A DNA stretch of 63,132 bases from an uncultured virus (IMG/VR IMGVR_UViG_3300035701_006463) (taxonomy: Duplodnaviria > Heunggongvirae > Uroviricota > Caudoviricetes), in IMG/VR virus record IMGVR_UViG_3300035701_006463, one strand, 5' to 3'. The position numbers and the translations under genes were made by a program. Under the pieces are notes generated by a model. That model made no database searches and was not told the DNA's origin. It saw nothing but the letters and a program-made list of their open reading frames with translations. Below are positions 18,431 through 29,207 of this stretch, piece after piece. Within the stretch, counting starts at the first letter, position 1, and every line of letters begins with the position of its first letter.

Positions 18431-18694
18431 ATGGGTGGATATCAAATTAGTTACGAATCGTTCAAGACCTATGTCCAGAACCAGGCCCGGATGGCCAAGG
18501 CAGCCATCGAGAAGGCCGATGAGATCAAGACCCGGGTATTCTTCGGAGACGGGGGCGAGAAGGGCGAATCAACCAAATACTTTCAATACAACCAAGAGGC
18601 CGAGATCCGTAAGGACGTAGTCTTTGAACTCGCCAAGTATCTCAGCGCTCCTGAAAAAGAAGTAAAAAAGATGTGGTTGGAGGCTGAGTGTTGA
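18431..18694 (+). CDS. hypothetical protein
   Basis: First ORF after motif copy 4; GAGGT RBS. Confidence 0.6.
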   Translation: MGGYQISYESFKTYVQNQARMAKAAIEKADEIKTRVFFGDGGEKGESTKYFQYNQEAEIRKDVVFELAKYLSAPEKEVKKMWLEAEC

Positions 18695-18888
18695 CCGGTC
18701 CCATTGGTTGGCATCATCCTCTCCCACCACTTGAAGACAAGCCATGTGTGTCCTGTGGTAGGTCCCCGTCCCGGTACTACGGTCATGACCCATGTGACCC
18801 TGCCATAGGCCATGCCGATACCGCGGAGGTTTACCCCTACCGTTGGTGTGATGAATGTGCTAGAGGTCATGCCTTTGTTTGAGGAGGT

Positions 18889-19284
18889 GTGAATATGGGC
18901 TGTAACATTCATGGAGTAGTCGAGATACGAAAGGGAAAAGAATGGGAATACCTATGTGATATGCCTTGGAGGAGAGACTACTTCTTTTATGCACAGGTTG
19001 CAGGTGTTAGAAACGACTATGATGTGAAGCCAATAGCTGAACCGAGGGGAATACCCAATGATGCCTGTTATGACACATATGTGACCTATAAACAGTTTAT
19101 GAAAGATACAGGTGGGCACAGTGCTAGTTATTTAGATGCAAAAGAGATTCAGTTAATCTCGCCAATTTCTAAAAATGATGTTTCTTTGACACCTATCTGG
19201 AGAGCGTGGCTTGAGTTTATTCACGTTCTTGGTACCTGTTACGGATTTGATAATGTTAGGATGGTGTTCTGGTTTGACAATTAA
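18889..19284 (+). CDS. conserved phage-type hypothetical protein
   Basis: MGCNIH...RDY..Y...AGVR...EPRGIP...HSAS...RMVFWFDN pattern recalled from phage hypotheticals. Confidence 0.65.
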   Translation: MNMGCNIHGVVEIRKGKEWEYLCDMPWRRDYFFYAQVAGVRNDYDVKPIAEPRGIPNDACYDTYVTYKQFMKDTGGHSASYLDAKEIQLISPISKNDVSLTPIWRAWLEFIHVLGTCYGFDNVRMVFWFDN

Positions 19285-19639
19285 CGCCTACTTGTTTCGT
19301 ATAGGGGGGTTTGAGAAGAAATGGTAGACGATTTTACGTTTAGATTTGTAACTGTTCTGCTTGTTCTTGCAATTTTTGGTGTACTTACACTTGAGGTTAG
19401 GTTGAGAAAAAGAGTTGAGAAGCTGGAGGAGGCTTCGTGATGGTTTCTTTCAATTGGCGGTTCTGGGTCAAGAAGAGACGTCCTTGTTTTGGTTACTACG
19501 ATGCCTTAGTTCTACCATCGGAGGCTTATATGGCGAAGAGGGATTGTGGTTCCTGTGAGAATAACCAAAAGATGGAGTGTTTCCTTAAATCACTAAAACC
19601 AATAGCCGCTGTGGTATGTGATGGAATTGACTTGGAGTT

Positions 19640-19927
19640 GTGGAAATGAGTAAAACAAAAAACGAGTACGTGACTTATTGGGATATTTCGAAAGCAGTAC
19701 TTGGTCTATTGATGGAGATAATCATTCTTCAGGTGTTTATCCCCGGGTATCTTGATGTTAGTCTGATTCAAAATTCCACTCAGGTCACCCGATCTGTATT
19801 CCTTGTGTATTGTGTGGGTGGGTTCGCATTGTTTTTTAGTGGGTGGGTGTTTTTCAGTTTTTGGATTGAATTACCATATTTGCTAATTAAGAAATATTGG
19901 AAACGAAAGGATGTTGATGTGAAGTGA
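19640..19927 (+). CDS. small membrane protein
   Basis: Two hydrophobic helices. Confidence 0.5.
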   Translation: MEMSKTKNEYVTYWDISKAVLGLLMEIIILQVFIPGYLDVSLIQNSTQVTRSVFLVYCVGGFALFFSGWVFFSFWIELPYLLIKKYWKRKDVDVK

Positions 19928-20286
19928 CTGAAAAACTAAGAGAACGGAAAGAAATCGAAGAATGGTTCAGCGATTGTAGAAGGTCAGGTGCGCCAGACCG
20001 TTATAACATAGCAAATCAAATAGATGTCTATTTGGTGGCTCTTGAGGCGGAGCGCGACTCTCTCGATAAAACCATTCATAACTTGATGGTCGTTAACGGT
20101 GATGCCTTAGCCAAGGTCACCAGATTGGAGTCCCGTCTCTCCAGGGTTGATAGTTTGTTGATGGACAACTATCCGTGTTACGATAAGGACGGGTGCAAGA
20201 ATTGCTCAGGGGAGGCTGATGAAATAGATTACAAGTCCTGCGTTGGGTATAACACGTTAACGGTGTTGCGTGTGGGGGTGGAGTGA
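19924..20286 (+). CDS. hypothetical coiled-coil/Cys protein
   Basis: ORF with overlapping junctions. Confidence 0.5.
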   Translation: MTEKLRERKEIEEWFSDCRRSGAPDRYNIANQIDVYLVALEAERDSLDKTIHNLMVVNGDALAKVTRLESRLSRVDSLLMDNYPCYDKDGCKNCSGEADEIDYKSCVGYNTLTVLRVGVE

Positions 20287-20603
20287 TGATAGACATAAAC
20301 TTGAGTCACTCGGTACCCTTCTGGGATTTACCCAGGTGGATAGATACGACTTTTAATTTCACTGTGGGATACCTTGATTACATGTATCCTCGGCCTATCG
20401 AGGTTATTATTAAGTGTTTTATTTTTCTTTTCTTTTTAGGTATTGGTCTTGTTGTTTTTTCAGCACTACCAGCCGTAGTGGTTAAGTTCATCATACACAA
20501 ACCGGCACTGCTGGAGATAGTTTGTATTCCAATGTATTTGGGATTTATTTTTGTTGTCCCCTCTTTTTTTGTGATATTTTTAACGGGAGCGTGTGTAGGG
20601 TGA
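20283..20603 (+). CDS. small membrane protein
   Basis: Two hydrophobic helices. Confidence 0.5.
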   Translation: MMIDINLSHSVPFWDLPRWIDTTFNFTVGYLDYMYPRPIEVIIKCFIFLFFLGIGLVVFSALPAVVVKFIIHKPALLEIVCIPMYLGFIFVVPSFFVIFLTGACVG

Positions 20604-21241
20604 TGGTAGCATGTACGGAGAGGTGAAGCAGAATGCTATGTGAGGAGTGCCACATATTCTGTGTCTACATTGGGGCTACTGTAGGAGGGACAAGGCTATT
20701 GGGCTGTCCCAAATATGGTAGGGTTTATTGTGAACGGTAGGAGGACGTTGTTAATGAATCTTGTCTGTTGGTTAAGGGGTCATAAGCTCAAGTTTGTTAA
20801 GGCTCACCCACCGGCGGGAATCTACGAGAATGGGGTACTGATTCTTCCCGTCAAGGAGTACGTTTGTGAGTGTTGTGGTAAGGTTCGTATAGGTTGTCCG
20901 GTTACCAAGGAGGATTGGAATTTGATTGGGGGGCGGTGGAATATTTGGAGGTGGAAGGATGATTGACCATTTAGCCTTCGATTTAATAATAACTGCATGG
21001 TTAGTAGGTTTTGTTCAAGGTGGAGCGATAATCTGGTTTTATATACGTAAACATTATAAAATTAAGGAGACTGTATTGAATGGCTAGGAAAGAGGAGGTT
21101 AGTGAATGAATTTTTATTTAATGTTTCTGGGATCAGTACTGGTAGTTGTTGGTGTTTTGGTAAAGATGCTTAAACCGGGTTTACGAGTAGAATTTAGTCT
21201 TTATCCACTCAAGATGAAATTCAGCATGAAGGAGGTGAAAA

Positions 21242-21433
21242 ACGACGGATAAAATAGTCACTATCACGATCGACGGTATAGCCACCAGTATGATGGCCAA
21301 GGAGAAGGTCTTCAGTACAGGCTCCAAGGGCTACACAGTGACCGGCAAGATACTGATCGACAACAAGCGGTATCAGGTTGGCTGTAACTTGGTCGAGATA
21401 GGCAGTAAACCGGTTAGTGAGAAGAAGGCATGA
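21242..21433 (+). CDS. small beta-rich protein (FSTGSKG...QVGCNLVEIGSK), probable ACG start
   Basis: GGAGGTGA RBS at 21231-21238; frame opens after TGA with ACG ACG; missed by the ORF track. Confidence 0.6.
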   Translation, partial: TTDKIVTITIDGIATSMMAKEKVFSTGSKGYTVTGKILIDNKRYQVGCNLVEIGSKPVSEKKA

Positions 21434-21666
21434 GTTCAAACAAGGGATCGGAAAATCCGAGGTTGAGCCTTTTTCAACGTTTTCTCCTTTATATCTACGG
21501 ATGTGTCTACGTGGGTGACGAGACTAGGCCGGGTTGGAAACGTGCACTGCCTTTTTTTGTTTTTAAATGCCCCAAACACGGTTTGGTTAAGAACTATCTA
21601 GCGGGTTATGATTTGTGGATGTTGTGCCCACTTTGTTTAGAGGAGGAAACTATATGCCCCGACTAA
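21430..21666 (+). CDS. small Zn-finger protein
   Basis: CPKH...CPLC. Confidence 0.55.
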   Translation: MSSNKGSENPRLSLFQRFLLYIYGCVYVGDETRPGWKRALPFFVFKCPKHGLVKNYLAGYDLWMLCPLCLEEETICPD

Positions 21667-21769
21667 GGGACGGCTTGTTGTGGTGCTCCATGGTGGCCTC
21701 CTCCTTACTTATTCTCCTTGTCTTTGTACAGGTTATAGATAGCGTTTACAAGCTTGGAGCTGGTATTTT

Positions 21770-22117
21770 TTGGTAGGATATGGTGGATTTAATCTCGCTT
21801 TGTTCGTTTCCCTGCTTTTTCTTGGTAAGGTACTCGACCTGTGCACTACATATTATGCTCTCACTAATGGTCTAGGTTATGAGGTTGGGACTATTAGCCT
21901 TTTCCTATTGGAGCGCGGTGGATGGATGGGGTTGGTTGTGTCTAACTTTTTCATAACGTCGGCTGTTGCGTTAGGGTTTGTTGTATATCAGAGACGTCTC
22001 ATTAGAAATAATGCTCCACGTTGGTGGTTTATGCTTCTTGGATTTGGAGCGTATGCATGTATCTTCATTACAGTGATCGCTGTTATAAACAATTTTATAA
22101 TTATTTGTACGTCTTAG
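21770..22117 (+). CDS. membrane protein
   Basis: Three hydrophobic helices; LDLCTTYYAL..G.GYE. Confidence 0.55.
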   Translation: MVGYGGFNLALFVSLLFLGKVLDLCTTYYALTNGLGYEVGTISLFLLERGGWMGLVVSNFFITSAVALGFVVYQRRLIRNNAPRWWFMLLGFGAYACIFITVIAVINNFIIICTS

Positions 22118-22168
22118 AGTCACAGTAAAGTTGTTATTATGGAATGTTCGAGTTTTTATTACGCAACG

Positions 22169-22193
22169 ACCAATAAATTTATAAATAATAAAA
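22169..22193 (+). promoter_or_regulatory. repeated promoter motif, copy 5
   Basis: ACCAATAAATTTATAAATAATAAAA; 22164-22213 matches 15382-15431 at 49 of 50 positions. Confidence 0.8.
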
Positions 22194-22217
22194 TCATACT
22201 ATGATCAGGTGAGTATT

Positions 22218-22598
22218 GTGGGAGAGAAGGCACCTAAAAAATCCAGTAAAAAAATAATAATACCACCCAAGAAGGTTGAGAAAAAGCCTGTATGGAAAGT
22301 ATCACTAATTCGCGAGGAGCGAGCAGCTACACTCCCCTCCAAGGCATGTATCGGTGGATTCCTATTCTACACCAGGAGTAGTCTCAACAATATTGTCCGT
22401 GTCAGGGGCTACGTGAGAAAGGGGGCTAGGTGGGTGGTGAGCCCAAACTCTCCTATATCAAAATTGTACTGTTTGTTTGAAGAAATCGACTTAACTCTCA
22501 AAGATTCTCCACTTGGAGCCGATATTCCCAAATTCATTGAATTCTTGAAGGAGGTTAGAGAAGCGCCAGTTATTGTTCCGATGGTGGTGAAACAATGA
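22218..22598 (+). CDS. hypothetical basic protein
   Basis: GTG 5 nt after GGTGA, downstream of motif copy 5. Confidence 0.55.
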   Translation: MGEKAPKKSSKKIIIPPKKVEKKPVWKVSLIREERAATLPSKACIGGFLFYTRSSLNNIVRVRGYVRKGARWVVSPNSPISKLYCLFEEIDLTLKDSPLGADIPKFIEFLKEVREAPVIVPMVVKQ

Positions 22599-22954
22599 GA
22601 GTCCTGATTTGTGGGGACAGGCACTGGGACGATTGTGAAACCATTAACAATTATATCAAGACCCTTCCTCCAGGAACTGTGATTATTGAGGGTGAGGCGG
22701 TTGGTGCGGATACTATAGCAAGAATAGTTGCTGAAAGTTTTGGGTTGGATGTTATAAAGGAGCCAGCACAGTGGGTTATCTATGGTCGTGCAGCTGGTCC
22801 CATCAGGAACCAGAAGATGCTCGACGAACACAAGCCGGATTGTGTTGTGGCTTTCCACAACAACATATCTGAGAGCAAGGGCACGAAGGATATGGTCGAG
22901 CGAGCACGGAAGGTTGGGGTACCTGTTACGATCATAAAAGGGAGGTCTGGGTAA
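22595..22954 (+). CDS. SLOG-superfamily protein (DUF2493/YspA-like)
   Basis: RVLICGDR, EGEAVGAD, AAGPIRNQKML, VVAFH, SKGTKDM. Confidence 0.85.
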   Translation: MRVLICGDRHWDDCETINNYIKTLPPGTVIIEGEAVGADTIARIVAESFGLDVIKEPAQWVIYGRAAGPIRNQKMLDEHKPDCVVAFHNNISESKGTKDMVERARKVGVPVTIIKGRSG

Positions 22955-23466
22955 TGTCCGAGCCCCTGTGGTACCCCACAGTATTTGTCCCGTCCAAATA
23001 CTTCGAGACCCACTGTTGTATGTGCAACAGGTTCCACATGGCGTACCTCACGGACGACATGGTTTCCGATCAGGTCGTTTCGTGTAACCCCGGCCCGAAG
23101 GATGAATGTGTACCGATTGCCAAAAATTGGCACGGCTCGGCTCTACCACACTATCCGGACCCGGAGCCTAGAACTATACCGCCACCGCGTCCTCCAAGAG
23201 CTGAAACCAATAAGATCTCACCTGGACGTAAGCGGTGGCACTGTGAGTTTGAGGGCAAGACAATCTCACCCTCCGATGTTTGTGGGTTCATGAAGAGTAC
23301 CGCTAAACCACGTATTTGTGCTAGTTGTGGTGCAAACATCGGAGCTGGGGTCACATATGTGGCTAGTAAGACGGGCCCAGTCTGTTTCACTTGTTCCATC
23401 AATAAGATCGCTGGTTACAAATACGACAAGGCTAGGGCTATCATACACTGCAGGAGGGTGGTGTGA
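22954..23466 (+). CDS. Cys-rich hypothetical protein
   Basis: Multiple CxxC pairs and a Pro-rich linker. Confidence 0.5.
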   Translation: MSEPLWYPTVFVPSKYFETHCCMCNRFHMAYLTDDMVSDQVVSCNPGPKDECVPIAKNWHGSALPHYPDPEPRTIPPPRPPRAETNKISPGRKRWHCEFEGKTISPSDVCGFMKSTAKPRICASCGANIGAGVTYVASKTGPVCFTCSINKIAGYKYDKARAIIHCRRVV

Positions 23467-23500
23467 AGTTGTGGTTAAATGTACAGGAGGTGAAACATGA

Positions 23501-23713
23501 ATGATGAGTGAGATCGAGTATAACAAGAGACTAAGTGAAATTTACGACAAATGTAACAAGGAAGTTAGTGAAGCACGTGTCCGTAGGTTTACTGGTGCTG
23601 AGAAGTTGCGGGTAGACTACGATAAAGAGGTTGAAGAGGCGCGGGCACGTAAGGTCGCAGCTGCCAACGGACTCAGGAAGGAACTCAACGATAGCCGCGG
23701 TAAGAAGTCCTAA
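23501..23713 (+). CDS. small coiled-coil protein
   Basis: GGAGGTGA RBS; internal repeat YDKCNKEVSEAR / YDKEVEEAR. Confidence 0.55.
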   Translation: MMSEIEYNKRLSEIYDKCNKEVSEARVRRFTGAEKLRVDYDKEVEEARARKVAAANGLRKELNDSRGKKS

Positions 23714-23747
23714 ACATGGGTTGAGTTTCATTTTTATTTATGACACG

Positions 23748-23772
23748 ACCAATAAATTTATAAATAATAAAA
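23748..23772 (+). promoter_or_regulatory. repeated promoter motif, copy 6
   Basis: ACCAATAAATTTATAAATAATAAAA. Confidence 0.8.
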
Positions 23773-23796
23773 TGAATTATATATCAGGTCGGTAGT

Positions 23797-24270
23797 ATGA
23801 TGACGGAGGTCTCGCTAGACAATAAGCGTCTAGCGATAGAGCCGGGTGAAACGTGGCCCGAGACATGTGTCTACAAATGTTATAAGTTTGGCTACTACTA
23901 TGTAGCTGGGCATTATAAATCCTACCGTATGGCGACCGGTCGGTTAGCCATGAGATGCAATTGTGGTCATGAACCAGCTGCGTGGGTTGGTGAAGACACA
24001 GCTGAGAATCGTCAGAAGTTTGGTATAGGTCCCGATGGGACGTCGATCAAGGTCACCCAGGTGGGTTCAGCTGGTATAGTGACTGATCTTGGCAACCTGC
24101 TTTTCAGGGTCAAGAATAATAAGAGATGTACGTTGTGGGAAGTGAATTTCGTCGAGTCCGTTCGAAGACAGGTTCTCTATAATAAGAAGCCGAGTGAGAA
24201 ACAGTCAACTGTATTGATAAAACTCTTCAAGAAGGTTGGTATTGAGGTTCCTAGGTGGGTTGAAGGTTGA
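23797..24270 (+). CDS. hypothetical protein
   Basis: First ORF after motif copy 6. Confidence 0.55.
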   Translation: MMTEVSLDNKRLAIEPGETWPETCVYKCYKFGYYYVAGHYKSYRMATGRLAMRCNCGHEPAAWVGEDTAENRQKFGIGPDGTSIKVTQVGSAGIVTDLGNLLFRVKNNKRCTLWEVNFVESVRRQVLYNKKPSEKQSTVLIKLFKKVGIEVPRWVEG

Positions 24271-24920
24271 GTGAGCAGCCACCAAAAGTCAGCGACTTTC
24301 TCGTTTGGGTTGGTGGTAGGTCATATTCACGTGAGTCCTTCATCAAGGAAGCCAAGAAAATGGGGGTGTGTCGGCGCGTTCCGTTCGTCCCCACAGGTGT
24401 GGTCAAGGGAATCAGTAGGGTTTTCCTGATCAGCGACATGAGCGATGAGGATCGTAAAAAATACAACGATGAACTCAGTAAACGCGACAAAGATCGCTAT
24501 CAGCAGCAAAAGCTCAAAACCGGGCAGACAACACATGTGACTGGGGACATGCCCCGTGGGAGATCCATGATATTTGCATACTTCATTATTAGAAGCATCA
24601 TCTACGTAGTCGGGCCCGGGGTTGATGTTGATAAGGAACTCATGGAGCGCGGGATCGATGTGTTGGAGTACCAAGAGGGAGATTTTGGATTCAACGACGA
24701 GCGTGGATGTGGTTCCCTACAAATTGGTGGTACTTATTTCCTCAGCGAGGAGGATATGGAAAAAATCAAAGATCTCGCTGAGTCGAGTGGTTTGGATGGG
24801 CAGATAGAGGTCTTCAAGGTAGCGTTACCCTATACAGGTGTGAGGTTCCGAGGTGTGAGGTCACTACTCCAGGAGAGGGGTGACAGTATACTGGAAATGG
24901 CTGAGAGGATGAAAAAATGA
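24267..24920 (+). CDS. hypothetical protein
   Basis: 217-aa ORF with WVGG..Y...F..EA..MGVCRR and ERGCG...GG.Y motifs. Confidence 0.65.
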   Translation: MSEQPPKVSDFLVWVGGRSYSRESFIKEAKKMGVCRRVPFVPTGVVKGISRVFLISDMSDEDRKKYNDELSKRDKDRYQQQKLKTGQTTHVTGDMPRGRSMIFAYFIIRSIIYVVGPGVDVDKELMERGIDVLEYQEGDFGFNDERGCGSLQIGGTYFLSEEDMEKIKDLAESSGLDGQIEVFKVALPYTGVRFRGVRSLLQERGDSILEMAERMKK

Positions 24921-25168
24921 GTAAAACTGATTGGTCGTGGGTTGATAAGAAATATCCACGAAAGGTCAAGGTTCTCATAGAGTTTGAGAAAGAGGGCGAC
25001 TTCTGTGATCTGGATATGATCCGAGGTCATGGTTTAGGCGAGGCTCTTCTTAACATTGTTGGAGAGGATTATAATTTAACGGATTCGGTGACCCTGAAGA
25101 TTCCAGATACGGATCGAAGTGTCAGAATCACGAGAATAACCAAGCGGAAAGGTAGTGAAGACAGGTAG
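24917..25168 (+). CDS. hypothetical protein
   Basis: ATGA overlap. Confidence 0.5.
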   Translation: MSKTDWSWVDKKYPRKVKVLIEFEKEGDFCDLDMIRGHGLGEALLNIVGEDYNLTDSVTLKIPDTDRSVRITRITKRKGSEDR

Positions 25169-25201
25169 TGATGTATCACGTCAAAAAAAGGTGAAAAGGT
25201 A

Positions 25202-25573
25202 ATGGGTAGATCTAAAAAACCCGCGGCTGGGAAGATAACCAAAGAGGAAAAGGTGGAGTACGGACTGGTCATCTGTCCCAACTGCGGTAGAAAGGTTCCG
25301 GACACAACTATGTGTATTTACTGTGCCGGACCCATCAAGGAGAGGCCCAGAGTGAGTATCTCGGTGAAGGAGATGGAAGTTCTCTCCACCCTGAAAAAAC
25401 TCGGGGACGCCAGGGTCAATGATGTGTTCAAGGTCCTCGGTGGCAGCAGGGAAAGTGTCAGGATGATTCTATCCAACCTAGTCAAGTATGGATACGTCAA
25501 TAAGTCCGGGTGGGGGCGTTTCGTCGTCTCCGAGCGTGGTAAATCGGTTCTTGAGGAGGGTACGAAAAATTGA
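25202..25573 (+). CDS. Zn-ribbon plus winged-HTH putative transcription regulator
   Basis: CPNC...CIYC; EMEVL..L...SRESVRMILSNLVKYGYV...VSERGK. Confidence 0.7.
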   Translation: MGRSKKPAAGKITKEEKVEYGLVICPNCGRKVPDTTMCIYCAGPIKERPRVSISVKEMEVLSTLKKLGDARVNDVFKVLGGSRESVRMILSNLVKYGYVNKSGWGRFVVSERGKSVLEEGTKN

Positions 25574-26166
25574 TGAAAAATCCTAGTTATGGTGAGATAG
25601 AGCGCAACTGGGCAGTAAGTAAACTTCTACTTTCTCAGGGAGTCGAGAGCAGAATGGTAGCCTTTAACCTAGGACAATGTAATATCTTTTTAGAGGCGTT
25701 GTATTGTTTGCGTACGTCTCTACAATGCCGGGACGCTATTCTACCTTTTATTGCTACGGTTAGATCACAGAGTACTCAAGAACCTATCAACTTCATCAAG
25801 AGATTCCCGGAATACAGGGGCCATAAAATATTCAAACATGCAAATGGATTCCGGCATGGCGAGGATTACTATGGACTAGCAACAAATGTAGTTAAGAATA
25901 TGCTCGGGCTGAGGCCGAATAAGACTTTCTATATTAATTCTGACAATGTGGAACTTCGTCGGTTTTTCTATGCTAAGGCTGTGGAGTTTAACAAAGAGAA
26001 CGACTTTGGTTGCTCTTTTGACTACGACGACTACGATTATAAGCTCACAGTGAAGAAGTACGATATTGTTGGTAAATTTGGCTGTGTAATATCCTATTCG
26101 GTGGTTACTTACTTAGAAGGACAGGATATGCCCAATAGTTGGAATAGCGAATTTAAGACACCTTAA
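25570..26166 (+). CDS. hypothetical protein
   Basis: 198-aa ORF ending at motif copy 7. Confidence 0.55.
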   Translation: MMKNPSYGEIERNWAVSKLLLSQGVESRMVAFNLGQCNIFLEALYCLRTSLQCRDAILPFIATVRSQSTQEPINFIKRFPEYRGHKIFKHANGFRHGEDYYGLATNVVKNMLGLRPNKTFYINSDNVELRRFFYAKAVEFNKENDFGCSFDYDDYDYKLTVKKYDIVGKFGCVISYSVVTYLEGQDMPNSWNSEFKTP

Positions 26167-26190
26167 CCAATAAATTTATAAATGATAAAA
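26166..26190 (+). promoter_or_regulatory. repeated promoter motif, copy 7
   Basis: ACCAATAAATTTATAAATGATAAAA. Confidence 0.8.
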
Positions 26191-26399
26191 TATATCTTTA
26201 GATAGACGATAAGGAGGAGGATAAGGAAAACGAAATGTAAAGTATGTATGGAAAAAATAATCGTCTACGCAGAAGCCAATGGTGCAGTTCATGTTTTAGA
26301 TTACCCTGTTCGTGGACGTACTTATGCTCACTCATGTGGGAGCTATTCTGAGATATTACCCAAATCTGTTGTTAAGGAATTGGGATTGGAGGACATAGA

Positions 26400-26699
26400 A
26401 TGAGGATGCACAAGGTAGTTTTGACACGGGCACGTTACCGTGACAAATTCTACGTGGGTTACAACCTCGCAGAGAAAGCTTGCGTCCGGTACCCGAGTGA
26501 GGAGGCACAGTCCGACTTCAAGAGCAGCAACACACAGAAGGCCCTCCAAGATGCGCGTGTCCGCGTCGATCCTAAACATCCTGTCAGGATAGAAATCCCA
26601 CTGAGCCTGATGACCCAGTACTCACCCACCACTAGGTGGGACGGCAACTGGATAGTGTCATCCGTGCCCTTCCACGCCCCAATTAGTTCGAGGCGATAA
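26400..26699 (+). CDS. hypothetical protein
   Basis: GGAGG RBS then ATG. Confidence 0.5.
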   Translation: MRMHKVVLTRARYRDKFYVGYNLAEKACVRYPSEEAQSDFKSSNTQKALQDARVRVDPKHPVRIEIPLSLMTQYSPTTRWDGNWIVSSVPFHAPISSRR

Positions 26700-26701
26700 C
26701 T

Positions 26702-27361
26702 ATGGTACGAGAAAAAGAGGAAAAGAAAATCACCCCAGTTTTCAACCCTAACGGTGAGTTGAAGGGCACCCTCTCTGAGCAGAAGGACGGGGGGTTGTCT
26801 TTCGTTACCCTCAACTTTAACGATGAAGAGGGTAAGAAACTTATCCTCGATAGGGTTGAGGAAATGATGGAGAAGAATTATGAAAGATGGGTGAAGCTCA
26901 CCCCACCGGAAAGGTTGGCTGCTATGGGTTACACATTCGATACTCTCAGTACTGAGCACTACTCTCTTGTTAGGCAGTTAACGGAGGCTCGACGTAGGCT
27001 CCGTCTCATTGGTAGGTGGGCTGACAGCGGCAGGAGCGGCTTCTGTCAGTGCTCTGCTATGTCTCTCTGGGAGGACGATGGGAATGTTGTTCCGTACCTT
27101 TATTGCTTGATAGAGGAAGGAGCGTCCAGGGTGAGTGGTGAGGGCGTTTCGGAGGATAATAAGTGTGTCCGTTGCAAGGAAGCTCCTTGTGACCACTTTT
27201 ATGACCCCGAGTTTGATTGTTGGATTTGTGGTGACTTCTCACCGAGGAAATCCAAGTACAGGATTAGTCCTTGTGTGTATGTCAACCCGTCTGATGAAGA
27301 TATTGACATGGCACTGGAGTTTCGTCGGGGTGAACAAGAGGGGTGTAAGGAGAATGGTTGA
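26702..27361 (+). CDS. Cys-rich hypothetical protein
   Basis: 219-aa ORF with several Cys pairs. Confidence 0.55.
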   Translation: MVREKEEKKITPVFNPNGELKGTLSEQKDGGLSFVTLNFNDEEGKKLILDRVEEMMEKNYERWVKLTPPERLAAMGYTFDTLSTEHYSLVRQLTEARRRLRLIGRWADSGRSGFCQCSAMSLWEDDGNVVPYLYCLIEEGASRVSGEGVSEDNKCVRCKEAPCDHFYDPEFDCWICGDFSPRKSKYRISPCVYVNPSDEDIDMALEFRRGEQEGCKENG

Positions 27362-27696
27362 TCATGTTTGATGTGACATTTAAGAAATATCGTGAAATGT
27401 TGGAGAAAGAAGGTATAGCTGAACTCACGGTAGAGAATGTTCCAAAACGTAAAGATATGGGTGAGCGTTGGCTAGAGATAATTCATTCTCAACTTATGGA
27501 ATGGCGTAAGGACAAGGAGGAGATGATCAGTGCTGGCTTACTTGCGGAGGCACTAAGGTCTAGTAACTGGACGATTAAGATATATGAAGAACCAATCCTT
27601 ATGACTCTAGTGGCGGAGGTAAATCTTATTTCTAAAATTTTAGGTGACAGGAGTTACAACGATGGAGATATGAGAAAACAAAGGGTGAATGAGTAA
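27358..27696 (+). CDS. hypothetical protein
   Basis: Overlapping junctions. Confidence 0.5.
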   Translation: MIMFDVTFKKYREMLEKEGIAELTVENVPKRKDMGERWLEIIHSQLMEWRKDKEEMISAGLLAEALRSSNWTIKIYEEPILMTLVAEVNLISKILGDRSYNDGDMRKQRVNE

Positions 27697-28321
27697 GATG
27701 AATAGTAAATGGTGGATTATCCCTTATACCCTATTATATATTACAAGCGTGATGTTTGTTATGGGTGGTTTCAATATGACATGGGCTATTAACTTAACTA
27801 ACGGATTTGAGTTTTTTAAATGTTTTTTCGTTATCTATTTACTTAGTGAGGGCTCATGCGTGGTAGCGAAGAAACTCTCGGAGGGCGAAGAATGAATAAG
27901 TGGCTAAAATATGTGGGTTCTATAGCTGCAGGTTTCTTCCTTCTTGGCTCTCTTTACATTGGACTCCACCCAGACGAGGTCACATATTATGGGGCGGCAA
28001 TGTTTGTTTGTGGGTTAGCCACTGGTATAGTTGGGGTTTTTACATTGGCTTTCTTTGTGATACCTAACGAGGAGGACGGTAAAGGGTGAGGTTGGTGAAG
28101 TAGCAGAATGGAAAGAATTATCTTCGAAGAGGATTTGTGTGATGCAAAGGTATCTGGAACATCCGAAGTTTTTGAACTTTCGTGTTCAAAAGGGAAGATG
28201 AGTGTTGAAGGTGATATTACAAAACACTTTTGGGCGTATCATAATTGGTGTCAAGGATGCAACAAAAAGCATATTATGAACAAAAAACAGTTACAAGAGG
28301 TGGGCAAAAAGTTTGCAAAAA

Positions 28322-28720
28322 ATGATCGTCATAAATGAAAAACAGTTTCACAGATGGGTGGAGGATCATATACGAGACTTCGGGTTCGATGAGGTGGTCA
28401 CATCACAACTAACTCGTTTTCCCGACATAGTTGCTAAGAAGGATGGTGAACGAACACGAATAGAGGTAGAGACAATGTCTAGCAACTTTTTACTACATCA
28501 ACATGATCCATCTATGTGTGATTTGGTCATCTGTTTGGTTAAAGATGTTGAACTACCTATTAAGATTGTCGTAGTAAAAGAAGTTGGTTATGAACCAATT
28601 AAAACAACGGTGGTGACGATACACCCCGACAGTTGGCTTAAGCTCAACGCGTTGAGGAGAGTCGGAGAGTCAATGGCTTCTGTCGTGGAGCGGTTATTGA
28701 AGGAGAGGGAGGTGAGGTAA
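28322..28720 (+). CDS. PD-(D/E)XK-like endonuclease with C-terminal antitoxin/RHH-like domain
   Basis: FPDIVA...RIEVE..SSNF..H.HDP..CDLVIC; tail TTVVTIH..SW.KL..L...GESMASVVERLL. Confidence 0.65.
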   Translation: MIVINEKQFHRWVEDHIRDFGFDEVVTSQLTRFPDIVAKKDGERTRIEVETMSSNFLLHQHDPSMCDLVICLVKDVELPIKIVVVKEVGYEPIKTTVVTIHPDSWLKLNALRRVGESMASVVERLLKEREVR

Positions 28721-29207
28721 ATGGGAAAATGCGGTTTAATCTTTAATCGTCATAAATGGATGCCTCATAAATTCCCAGAATCTAGGAGAGTTTGTTCTAA
28801 ATGTGGACAAGAGCAGAGGATAAATTTAGGTGATGGGTGGACTCTTTGGGAAAACGTCTCACCTTTTTACATAGAGATAGAGGGAGATCAAAAATGACAG
28901 AATGGCGAGTATCGTGGTGTGAGGGAACAAAACGAAGATATGCTTATTATAAGGATGATTATAAAGCGATACTACGCCATATTAAAAACCTTAAAACCAT
29001 TGGTATCTTCTATGGTGCATCGCTTTGCTTTAGAGATAAAAAATTCTCCGATGCTTATGTCCCGATAGGTGGTTGTGATAGCCTTCTTGGATTAACTTAT
29101 CATGCAAACCGGTTCGGAAAACCCAAAGAGTACTGGGAAGGTCTTATAAAGAAAGCTAAAACAGAAATTGCTCAATTATCTCTTCATATAGAAAAGGAGT
29201 TGAAAGA